Shown piece by piece: positions 18,252 to 26,618 of a stretch of 64,000 nt of DNA. Each line of letters begins with the position of its first letter. The stretch's first letter is position 1. The stretch comes from an uncultured Anaerolineaceae bacterium (GTDB lineage: Bacteria > Chloroflexota > Anaerolineae > Anaerolineales > UBA4823), in NCBI GenBank assembly GCA_964486825.1, contig CAZAQS010000002.1, forward strand, positions 100 to 64,099. Direction: 5' to 3'. A program made the position numbers and the translations under genes. The notes under the pieces were generated by a model that had not been told where the DNA came from, searched no databases, and was given only the letters and a program-made list of their open reading frames with translations.

Positions 18252-18285
18252 GCCCCAAACATATAGTTTTGGGGCGTTTGTTTTT
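18252..18285 (+). terminator. Riboswitch expression-platform terminator
   Basis: Stem GCCCCAAA / TTTGGGGC, 8-nt loop, then GTTTGTTTTT; CCCTGCCCC (18248-18256) is complementary to aptamer GGGGCAGGG (18029-18037), giving an antiterminator alternative. Confidence 0.8.
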
Positions 18286-18362
18286 AATCGCAATTTGACC
18301 TTCATGGAGAGGGTTTTCAGATCCTTCAGGCTTTATGAAGCCAAGGAAAAGAGGATAGTTTT

Positions 18363-19199
18363 ATGGAAACGAGCATGTTCAGGAAAATCCCACAACGCTC
18401 GATACGGGGAATACGGCGACACTCGCCTTTCATCTTGATATTCTCTATAGGCCTGGCCATCCTCTTCTGGCAATTGTTGATAGAGTTTCGCGGCTATGCG
18501 CCTTATATCCTGCCTTCTCCAGGGCAGGTATGGGCGCGCTTTGTGCAGGCGTTATTGGATGGCACCCTTGTAAGGCATGGGATGGTGACGTTATCGGAAG
18601 TATTGGCGGGGTTGGCTTTAGGCGTCAGCGCAGCTACCACGCTGGGCTACCTGTTGGCCAAGTCTCCACAACTTGAGCGCTTCCTCTCGCCCTATATTGT
18701 TGCCAGCCAATCGGTACCGATTGTAGCCATCGCTCCCCTGCTCGTCATCTGGTTTGGGACGGGTTTGTATTCCAAGGTGTTGATCTGTGCGTTGATCGTT
18801 TTCTTTCCGGTGTTGATCAATACGGTCGTTGGGATGCGTTCGGTTCCCGAAAACCTGCGCGAACTTATGCGCTCGTTGCAGGCAACCCGCTGGCAGACTT
18901 TCACCATGCTTGAAGTGCCCGCCTCCTTGCCGGTTTTTTTAGGCGGATTGCGGATTGGAGCCACGCTCTCTGTGATTGGGGCGGTAGTGGGCGAGTTCGT
19001 CGGTTCGGACCGAGGTCTTGGTTTTTTGATCAGCGTCGGACGGGGTTTATACGATACCTCCCTGGTATTTGTGGCTGTCTTTACATTGATTGTCATGGCT
19101 ATGAGTTTATACGGATTGGTGCTCCTCATAGAAACACGTCTGCTTTCCTGGCAAAAACGACCAGGCCAGGCTATCTCAACAAATGTAGGAGTTGAATAA
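18363..19199 (+). CDS. ABC transporter permease, NitT/TauT (ThiX/RibX-like) family
   Basis: 278 aa, 6 TM; BPD_transp_1-type EAA loop region (LMRSLQATRWQTFTMLEVPASLP); first gene after the FMN riboswitch. Confidence 0.85.
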   Translation: METSMFRKIPQRSIRGIRRHSPFILIFSIGLAILFWQLLIEFRGYAPYILPSPGQVWARFVQALLDGTLVRHGMVTLSEVLAGLALGVSAATTLGYLLAKSPQLERFLSPYIVASQSVPIVAIAPLLVIWFGTGLYSKVLICALIVFFPVLINTVVGMRSVPENLRELMRSLQATRWQTFTMLEVPASLPVFLGGLRIGATLSVIGAVVGEFVGSDRGLGFLISVGRGLYDTSLVFVAVFTLIVMAMSLYGLVLLIETRLLSWQKRPGQAISTNVGVE

Positions 19200-19200
19200 G

Positions 19201-20191
19201 ATGTCCCGCCATCCCATGCCACTGTTTACCCTGATCTTCGCCCTGTTGTTTTCTGCTTGTGCGGGACCGGCGGCAGCTCCAGCCACTGCTGAGCTTACCC
19301 GAGTTCGTCTTCCGATGGGGTATATTCCGAATGTCCAATATGCTCCCTTCTATGTAGCTGTGGACAAAGGCTATTTTCGGGATGAAGGCATCGAGTTAGA
19401 GTTCGATTACAGCTTCGAAACGGATGGGATGGCATTGGTAGGCGTTAATAACCTTCAGTTCAGCCTTGCCTCCGGAGAGCAGATCTTGCTGGCCCGCTCT
19501 CAAGGTCTGCCCGTTGTCTATGTATATGGGTGGTGGCATGACTATCCTGTCTCGATTGCTGCCAAAGCGGGAAGCGGCATCGATACACCTGCAGAGCTGC
19601 GCGGGATGCGCATAGGAGTACCGATTTTGGCAGGGGCCAGCTATGTAGGCCTGCGCGCCATCCTGGCTGCCAATGGCCTGGAGGAGAGCGACGTAAAGCT
19701 GGAAGTGACCGGTTTCAACCAGGTTGAGGCTTTGATTTCAGACCAGGTGGACGCCGTAGTCGTGTACACCAATAACGAGCCTGTGCAGCTGCGGGCCAGG
19801 GGAGTGGAGGTGAACGAGTTCCGCGTTGTAGACTACGTTCACCTGGCCTCGAATGGCATCGTCACCAATGAGGTGACCATGCAGGAGAATCCGGATCTGA
19901 TAAGACGAATGGCTCGTGCACTGACACGAGGGATCGTCGATACTTTGCAAGACCCAGACGAGGCTTTCGAGATTTGCAAGAAATTTGGAAGGCCTGGCCC
20001 AGGCAGACCAGGACATCCAGGCTGTTCAAAAAGAGGTCCTGGCTACCTCGATCACTTTTTGGCAGAGCGATACATTGGGCAGGACCGACCGCGAGGCCTG
20101 GGAAAATATGCAGTCCGTTTTGCTTGAAATGGGTTTAATTCCTGAGCCTATCGACCTGGATCGGGCTTTCAGCAACGACTATCTGGAGTAA
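19201..20191 (+). pseudogene. NMT1/THI5-like (ThiY/RibY-like) substrate-binding lipoprotein gene, frameshifted near 19984
   Basis: Lipobox LLFSAC; the frame-0 product turns into Gly/Pro/Arg-rich nonsense after ...EAFEICKKF, while the +1 frame (19985-20191) reads LEGLAQADQDIQAVQKEVLATSITFWQ...AFSNDYLE and stops 7 nt before the next gene. Confidence 0.75.
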
Positions 20192-20198
20192 GTAATTA

Positions 20199-20978
20199 AT
20201 GGAAGCAGTCAGAGAAAAACGTCCTAAAGAGCCTGCGCTGAGAGTGCACAATGTAAGTGCTATATTCCCGAATGGGAACGGTGGCTTACGTGTCCTGGAG
20301 CACCTAGCTTTTTCTGTGCTCCCCCAGCAATTCCTATGTGTTTTAGGCCCCTCGGGGAGTGGGAAGAGCACCTTGTTGCGTATAATCTCCGGGCTGCTGG
20401 CGCCAACCGAGGGGGAAGTGCTGTATGATGGAGATAGCATATCCGGTCCTCGCCGTGGTGTGGGCTTCGTTTTTCAAAAAGCAAACCTGATGCCCTGGCG
20501 AACGGTGCTGGAAAATATCATGCTGCCGCTGGAGCTGCAGATGCTTCCCCGGATGGAAGCCCTCCGCCAGGCGCAAGAGTTGGTAGATTTGGTTGGGTTA
20601 GGGGGGTTCGAAGATTCCTTGCCGCGTGACTTGTCGGGGGGCATGGCTCAAAGAGTAGCCATCGCAAGAGCTCTGGTGCACGATCCGGATATCCTGTTAC
20701 TGGATGAACCATTTGGCTCATTGGACGCTCTGACTCGCGAGCGGATGGGGAATGAGCTGCTGCGGATCTGGCAGGTCCGCCGTAAGACGGTCGTGATGGT
20801 TACCCACTCCATTTCTGAAGCCCTCTTCCTGGCAGACAGGGTGGTTGTGCTCAGCCCTCGTCCCGGGCGCCTGCGGTTGGACCTGGAGGTGACCCTGCCA
20901 CGCCCTCGAGACGAGGAGATGATGTATACCACGGAGTTTGGACGGTTGTCGCGCATGCTTCGCTCGGCCATTGGATAG
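20199..20978 (+). CDS. ABC transporter ATP-binding protein (NitT/TauT family)
   Basis: Walker A GPSGSGKST; signature LSGGMAQRV; Walker B LLLDEPF. Confidence 0.9.
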   Translation: MEAVREKRPKEPALRVHNVSAIFPNGNGGLRVLEHLAFSVLPQQFLCVLGPSGSGKSTLLRIISGLLAPTEGEVLYDGDSISGPRRGVGFVFQKANLMPWRTVLENIMLPLELQMLPRMEALRQAQELVDLVGLGGFEDSLPRDLSGGMAQRVAIARALVHDPDILLLDEPFGSLDALTRERMGNELLRIWQVRRKTVVMVTHSISEALFLADRVVVLSPRPGRLRLDLEVTLPRPRDEEMMYTTEFGRLSRMLRSAIG

Positions 20979-21100
20979 GATTTTGCCCTTCAATCTGGTC
21001 CCCTCAGGTAGAGTGAGAAATACGTTACTTTTATAACCTTCCTGATCCGATAACCCCGTGATAAGATTCAGCCCGATTTACACCTGTTCCCGAGGAAAGT

Positions 21101-22030
21101 ATGCCTAAGATCCTGCTCCTGATATTCGTCTTATCAGCTATTCTCAGCCCGCTCTCTCCCGCGCAAGCGCAAAGTCCAGTGGCCATCGAATCCCTCAAAG
21201 TTGAGCTTTGGCCAGAATACGACCAGCCCTCTATCCTGGTCATCTACCGTTTCTCCCTTTCTTCTGACTCCTCCCTGCCAGCCCAGTTGAAGCTTCGCAT
21301 CCCCACAGCTGCCGGGGAACCATTCGCAGTGGCTGTAGGTCCAAGCAGCGATAGGGTAGCGGATGTCCCATATCAGCGTACGGTTATGGGAGAATGGACG
21401 GAGGTCAGCTTTGCAGCGACCATGCCCTTCATCCAATTCGAATACTACGACCCAGGATTGGAAAGGCAAAATTCAGAGCGCTCCTTTGAGTATCACTGGA
21501 CCGGAGATTATGGAGTGCAATCATTGGTTGTTGAGGTCCAGCAGCCGGTTGATGCTACAGATATGAGGATTTCCCCTAGTCTAGGAAGAGGGGAAACCCG
21601 GGGAGATGGCCTGGTTTACTACACATCGCAGGTTGGTTCGTTGAGCGCTGGCCAAACCTTCTCGATCATCTTCGAATACCAGAAACCCCATGAGGTATTA
21701 AGCGCCACGCGTTTGTCTGTTGAACCCAGCCAACCCCTTACTGCCGATACAACCGGTAGGATTCGCCTGGAAAGCTTCTTGCCCTGGGCGCTCGGATTGC
21801 TGGGCTTGGTATTGATCGGAGGGGGAGGCTATTGGTATTGGCAGGTGGGACGCAGGGAGCCTCAATCGAGAGCAAAAACCAGGTCCAGAGGCCGGCGCCG
21901 GCAGGTAGAGCGGGCTGAAGAAGAGGAGGGGGAAATACCAGAGGCGGGTGTTTATTGCCACCAATGCGGCAAACGAGCTTCCTCAAATGATCGTTTCTGC
22001 CGCTCCTGCGGTACCCGTTTGCGGTCCTAA
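21101..22030 (+). CDS. Secreted-domain / TM / zinc-ribbon protein
   Basis: Signal peptide ...SPAQA-QS; extracytoplasmic domain of about 190 aa; TM WALGLLGLVLIGGGGYWYW; Arg/Glu-rich tail; C-terminal YCHQCG-x8-DRFCRSCG. Confidence 0.7.
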   Translation: MPKILLLIFVLSAILSPLSPAQAQSPVAIESLKVELWPEYDQPSILVIYRFSLSSDSSLPAQLKLRIPTAAGEPFAVAVGPSSDRVADVPYQRTVMGEWTEVSFAATMPFIQFEYYDPGLERQNSERSFEYHWTGDYGVQSLVVEVQQPVDATDMRISPSLGRGETRGDGLVYYTSQVGSLSAGQTFSIIFEYQKPHEVLSATRLSVEPSQPLTADTTGRIRLESFLPWALGLLGLVLIGGGGYWYWQVGRREPQSRAKTRSRGRRRQVERAEEEEGEIPEAGVYCHQCGKRASSNDRFCRSCGTRLRS

Positions 22031-22237
22031 GCAGGCGCTCCCGGTTCGTGAAAAGGTTCTCATTTGCTTTTTTACTTCATCTTAGATTGTATTAATCAAG
22101 GGTTATAAAAACTACGTTACACTATAAACGAATTCGCCAAATCTGTCCCTTAGTTTTGTCGTGTAATTCGGACTGATTGTGTAAAATCATAGGCATTATT
22201 AGAATTCTAGCTATCATCCTATTTGGAGGTCTTGGGA

Positions 22238-22747
22238 ATGGAACAGACGCTGAAACGTCCAGGGGGTTTACAAAACCGTGCCAAGTTTCTTGCAGGGGGC
22301 TTATTGATTATAGCCGCCGTTGTGTATCTCATTTTTTCATCCACTCAACTTAATGCCCAATACTTCTTGACTGTAAATGAACTGGCTGCCAGGGCTGAAG
22401 GCGCATATGACAGGCATATCCGGGTATCGGGCGCTGTCCTGGGTGATACTATCCAGTATGACTCTCAATCGCTAACCCTGAGATTTACAGTCGCACATGT
22501 CCCCGGAAGCAACCGCGAGATCAATGAGCAGGGTGGCCTGGCAAAGGTCCTGCACGACGCAGTCAATGACCCCAATCGAGCTCGCATTCCGGTTGTTTAT
22601 AATGGGCCTAAGCCAGACCTTCTCCAGCACGAAGCTCAAGCAATTATGACCGGGCAGTTGGGTGACGATGGAATATTTTATGCAGAAGAGCTGTTATTAA
22701 AGTGCCCGACCAAATACGAAGAATCGGTTGGTGAACAGGCAGGGTAA
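22238..22747 (+). CDS. ccmE: Cytochrome c maturation heme chaperone CcmE, CxxxY variant
   Basis: N-terminal TM anchor, OB-fold-length body, C-terminal LLLKCPTKYEE aligning with the canonical LAKHDENY; ATG 22238 behind GGAGG. Confidence 0.85.
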   Translation: MEQTLKRPGGLQNRAKFLAGGLLIIAAVVYLIFSSTQLNAQYFLTVNELAARAEGAYDRHIRVSGAVLGDTIQYDSQSLTLRFTVAHVPGSNREINEQGGLAKVLHDAVNDPNRARIPVVYNGPKPDLLQHEAQAIMTGQLGDDGIFYAEELLLKCPTKYEESVGEQAG

Positions 22748-22812
22748 ATAGCTCGATAACTAATTGCCATTTAGATGGGTATGCTTTTCGATAGATCTGG
22801 GAGCCATAATTT

Positions 22813-24879
22813 ATGATAGCCAATTTAGGATTCGGTGCGTTATTCATTACTTTCCTGGTTTCGATCTATGGAGTAGCAGCCGCCATTTACGGGGTGCGGA
22901 AAAACGCACATGAATGGGTTGAGAGCGCTCGGATAGCCATGCTGTTGACTTTCCCTCTGCTCACCCTTTCCGCTCTAAGCCTGATCATTCTGCTGATCAC
23001 AGAGCAGTACCAGGTAGAGTATGTGGCTCTGGTAAGCAGCAGAAGCATGCCCATGTATTTGAAGGTGACTGCTCTATGGGGTGGCCAGGCGGGCTCCTTG
23101 CTATTCTGGTCCTGGCTGATGTCTGTTTTCGCATCTGCTGTTACCCTAAGGAAATGGCACCGCGACCGGGAGCTTCTCCCCTGGGTGATCGTGGTTTCTT
23201 TGGTTACACTGGGGTTTTTCCTCGTGATGATCATTTTCTTTGAAAATCCTTTCGACCGGTTGTGGGAGAGCGCGACGGCAATCACAGCCTCGATCTTGCG
23301 GCCAGCGGGTAGCCTTCCGTATATCCCGCGGGATGGAAACGGGCTAAACCCCTTGCTGCGACACCCGGGCATGATTATTCACCCTCCAATGCTGTACCTG
23401 GGATTTGTCGCTTTTGTGATCCCCTTTGCATTTGCGATCGCTGCCCTGGTTACAGGTCGTACCGATGACCGCTGGATCCGAATCACCCGCCGTTGGACGC
23501 TGGTGGCCTGGCTGTTTCTCTCGCTGGGCCTGGTTCTGGGCAGCCGTTGGGCCTACGATGTGTTGGGTTGGGGAGGGTACTGGGCCTGGGATCCGGTGGA
23601 AATTGCTGCGTTCATGCCATGGCTTTCCGGTACGGCCTTTCTACACTCCGTCATGATCCAGGAAAAGCGCGGCATGCTGAAACACTGGAACATGGTCCTG
23701 ATCATCCTAACCTATTCATTGGTAATTTTCGGTACTTTCCTGACTCGATCGGGTGTGCTTTCTTCGGTGCACGCCTTCGCCCAAAGCGCTATCGGGCCGC
23801 TCTTCTTTCTGTTCATCGGGGTCACCTTCGTGACATCACTCGCCCTGCTTTTACATCGTTGGGGTGAGCTGAAATCAGAAGGTTCCATGACATCGATGTT
23901 CTCGAGGGAAGCATTGTTTTTATTGAATAACCTGCTCTTTATGGGCATACTGGTGGTATGTTTTTGGGGTGTCATCTTCCCCTTGATCTCAGAGTTGTTC
24001 AATGGGGAGAAGGTTACGGTTGGACCACCTTACTACCAACAAGCTACCGGACCGCTCTTTGCCGGGTTGCTGCTCTTGATGGGAATTGCCCCTCTGGCAG
24101 CCTGGCGACATTCAAGCTCAAAGACCCTAGGTAAAGCCATTTGGAAGCCTTTCCTGGCTTCCTTGGTTGTTGTTGGTGTAACCCTGTATTCAGGTGTCAG
24201 GCAGCCGGCCGCCCTGCTGGGAATATGGCTCTCAGCGCTGGTCATTTTCGTGACCTTGTATGAGTTCTGGCGGGGAGCTTACGCCCGCCATCGAAAGAAT
24301 GGGGAAAGCCTGCCCGTTGCGTTATGGCGCCTGGCTGGACGTAACCGTAGGAGGTATGGAGGTTATATCATCCACCTGGGGGTGGTATTGATGGCCATTG
24401 GTATCATCGGCATCGAGGTTTTCCAGTCTGAGACCCAGGGCACTGTCCCCCAAGGCGGTGAATTGCGCCTGGGTCAGTACCGCATGACCTACAATTCCCT
24501 GGCTATGTGGGATACGAACGATGGCCGTAATGTTGCCCGGGCAGTTGTCAGTGTGTACAAGGATGACAAGTACATGGGCGACCTGTACCCCCGCCGGGAT
24601 TACTATTATGAATCTCAACAGCCTATGACCATCCCCGGGGTACGCAGTACTCTGGAGGATGACTTCTATGTGCTGTTGGTTGATTGGGAGCCCATTTCTA
24701 CCCAGGGTGCGACCTTTAAGGTCTTTCACAATCCCCTGATCAATTGGCTGTGGATCGGAGGATGGGTTTTCATTCTCGGGACGATGGTGGCAGCCTGGCC
24801 CGAGCATGAGAAGGAACCGGCCAAAGTGCGCGCACGTACTCCCGTTCCCTCTTCCAAGACCTCCAGGACGACTGCTTAA
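22813..24879 (+). CDS. ccmF: Cytochrome c heme lyase subunit CcmF
   Basis: 688 aa polytopic; WWD motif WGGYWAWDPVE. Confidence 0.92.
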   Translation: MIANLGFGALFITFLVSIYGVAAAIYGVRKNAHEWVESARIAMLLTFPLLTLSALSLIILLITEQYQVEYVALVSSRSMPMYLKVTALWGGQAGSLLFWSWLMSVFASAVTLRKWHRDRELLPWVIVVSLVTLGFFLVMIIFFENPFDRLWESATAITASILRPAGSLPYIPRDGNGLNPLLRHPGMIIHPPMLYLGFVAFVIPFAFAIAALVTGRTDDRWIRITRRWTLVAWLFLSLGLVLGSRWAYDVLGWGGYWAWDPVEIAAFMPWLSGTAFLHSVMIQEKRGMLKHWNMVLIILTYSLVIFGTFLTRSGVLSSVHAFAQSAIGPLFFLFIGVTFVTSLALLLHRWGELKSEGSMTSMFSREALFLLNNLLFMGILVVCFWGVIFPLISELFNGEKVTVGPPYYQQATGPLFAGLLLLMGIAPLAAWRHSSSKTLGKAIWKPFLASLVVVGVTLYSGVRQPAALLGIWLSALVIFVTLYEFWRGAYARHRKNGESLPVALWRLAGRNRRRYGGYIIHLGVVLMAIGIIGIEVFQSETQGTVPQGGELRLGQYRMTYNSLAMWDTNDGRNVARAVVSVYKDDKYMGDLYPRRDYYYESQQPMTIPGVRSTLEDDFYVLLVDWEPISTQGATFKVFHNPLINWLWIGGWVFILGTMVAAWPEHEKEPAKVRARTPVPSSKTSRTTA

Positions 24880-24885
24880 GACGTT

Positions 24886-25362
24886 ATGAAACATTTGTCA
24901 TTGTTCTCGCTACTTGTGATTGGTCTGGCGCTCATTTTTACTGGAGCAGCGCTTGCACAAGAAACTGTGCCCTCGGATGATGAGGTGAATGCTATCGCAA
25001 AAGAGATCTACTGTCCGGTATGTGAAAACACTCCCCTGGATGTTTGTCCTACTCAAGTTTGCTCTCAATGGCGTGAGTTGATCCGCGAGCAGCTTGCCAT
25101 GGGGTGGAGCGATTTGCAAATCCGCCAGTATTTTGTCAACCAGTACGGGGATCGGGTCCTGGCTACTCCGCCTGCGCGTGGGTTCAACTGGCTTGTATAT
25201 ATCCTTCCGCCGCTAGCTATTCTAGCGGGCGTCTTCGTCCTGGTCCGGACCATCAGAAATTGGAAAAAGCCACTTACGGATATAGACGTGGAGACAGCAG
25301 TTACGATCGAAGAAGGCGATGAGTATGTGGCGCGCCTGGAACAAGAGCTTCGCAATCGTTGA
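24886..25362 (+). CDS. ccmH: Cytochrome c maturation protein CcmH
   Basis: Signal peptide; CPVC redox motif; ...QYGDRVLATPP...; C-terminal TM. Confidence 0.85.
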   Translation: MKHLSLFSLLVIGLALIFTGAALAQETVPSDDEVNAIAKEIYCPVCENTPLDVCPTQVCSQWRELIREQLAMGWSDLQIRQYFVNQYGDRVLATPPARGFNWLVYILPPLAILAGVFVLVRTIRNWKKPLTDIDVETAVTIEEGDEYVARLEQELRNR

Positions 25363-25416
25363 AGCTTGGCATTCAATTCCCTGGAAAGGCCTGGATAGAT
25401 TGAGAGAAAGAGAAGG

Positions 25417-25998
25417 ATGACTGAATTTTCTCAGGATAAACCTTTACAAAAGACTGAGGTGGAAACGAAAACCGGCGCCCGCCGCACAGGCCATTTGCTG
25501 GCTTGGGGAGGGCTGTTGGTCCTACTTGCCATTTTAGCGCTAGGTCTGGATCGTTCTCAAAAAGGACCTGTCTCTGAGGGACAGCGTGCTCCTAACTTTA
25601 CTTTGACCACCTTCGATGGGGAAGAAATTACTTTGGAATCCCTGCGTGGGAAGGCAGTCGTGGTTAATTTCTGGGCATCCTGGTGTAAACCGTGTGAACA
25701 AGAGGCCGCCGATCTAGAGAAAGCCTGGCGAAATTACGAGCCCACGGGCAAGGTCATGTTCTTGGGCGTAGATTATATCGATACTGAACCGGAAGCAAAG
25801 GCTTACCTGGAAAAGTTTGACATTACCTATCCGAACGGCCCGGATATACGGACGAGGATTTCGCAAGCTTACCGAATTGCAGGCGTTCCAGAAACCTACT
25901 TCATTAATCAGGAAGGCGAGGTTATCTATAAAAAAATCGGTCCCTTCACCCGTTATGAAGACATTACCAGGGTTATCGACTCCATGCTCCAGCCTTGA
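25417..25998 (+). CDS. ccmG: Thiol:disulfide oxidoreductase CcmG/DsbE (TlpA family)
   Basis: TM anchor; thioredoxin motif NFWASWCKPCEQE; position inside the ccm cluster. Confidence 0.85.
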   Translation: MTEFSQDKPLQKTEVETKTGARRTGHLLAWGGLLVLLAILALGLDRSQKGPVSEGQRAPNFTLTTFDGEEITLESLRGKAVVVNFWASWCKPCEQEAADLEKAWRNYEPTGKVMFLGVDYIDTEPEAKAYLEKFDITYPNGPDIRTRISQAYRIAGVPETYFINQEGEVIYKKIGPFTRYEDITRVIDSMLQP

Positions 25999-26031
25999 AC
26001 AGGCTGAACTACCTTCTCTGACTATTCGATT

Positions 26032-26583
26032 ATGGACATTGGCTCAATTTTCCTGATCCTCGCAATGCTGGCAGTTGTTGTCTTGCTGGTCAGCCGCCCG
26101 TTGTTTTCACGTAAAAACTTACCGGTCTTTGAGCTTACTGACCGGCAAGACCACGAGTATTCGGCGCTCCTGGCGGAGCGCGATCGGGTGCTGTTGGCGC
26201 TGGAAGAGCTGGACTTCGACTATACCATGGGTAAGATCCCCGAAGAGGATTATCCATCTCAACGCGCTCAACTACTTCAGACCGGAGCAGAGATTCTCCG
26301 AAGGCTGGATGAGTTTAATGTATCCGGAAAGAGAGCCATTGATGAGAATCCCGAAGCTCGGATAGAAGCTTCCCTTTCAGAGAAGCGCACAGTTCGTCCG
26401 GCTCCTGCTGCTGTCGGGACAGCCATAAATGGAGGTGAAGGCGCGGATGACGATCTGGAGGTATTGATCGCCACCCGTAGACGCGCAAGGGAGGGAAAAT
26501 CCGCCGGGTTCTGTCCTCAATGCGGTGGGGCCCTTCAAAAGGCGGATCGCTTTTGTCCCAAGTGTGGGGCCACGGTCAAGTGA
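26032..26583 (+). CDS. TM protein with CcmI-N-terminal-like motif and C-terminal zinc ribbon
   Basis: N-terminal TM; EYSALLAERDRVLLALEELDFDYTMGKIPEEDYPSQRAQLL resembles the cytoplasmic loop of CcmI/CycH; ends in FCPQCG-x7-DRFCPKCG. Confidence 0.7.
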   Translation: MDIGSIFLILAMLAVVVLLVSRPLFSRKNLPVFELTDRQDHEYSALLAERDRVLLALEELDFDYTMGKIPEEDYPSQRAQLLQTGAEILRRLDEFNVSGKRAIDENPEARIEASLSEKRTVRPAPAAVGTAINGGEGADDDLEVLIATRRRAREGKSAGFCPQCGGALQKADRFCPKCGATVK

Positions 26584-26618
26584 AACAGCTCACCCAAATT
26601 CCTTTTCTTTCCTTTCAG

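Noticed and set aside
17839-18258. 139-aa minus-strand ORF (TTG start)
   Set aside because: It lies antisense across the FMN riboswitch aptamer, its promoter and the left arm of its terminator. It has no RBS, and the conserved RNA explains the sequence better.
19981-19987. AAATTTG as a programmed ribosomal frameshift site
   Set aside because: The required shift is +1 out of the AAA-TTT frame, not the -1 slip that an X-XXY-YYZ heptamer supports, and there is no downstream structure or rare-codon context. An indel or sequencing error is more parsimonious.
19985-20191. 68-aa ORF as an independent gene
   Set aside because: It is the displaced C-terminal part of the frameshifted NMT1-like binding-protein gene, with no RBS and a TTG inside the upstream coding sequence.
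26520-26618. N-terminal extension of the cytochrome ORF
   Set aside because: It overlaps the zinc-ribbon end of the preceding gene in another frame. The lipoprotein signal peptide begins at the ATG at 26619/26625.
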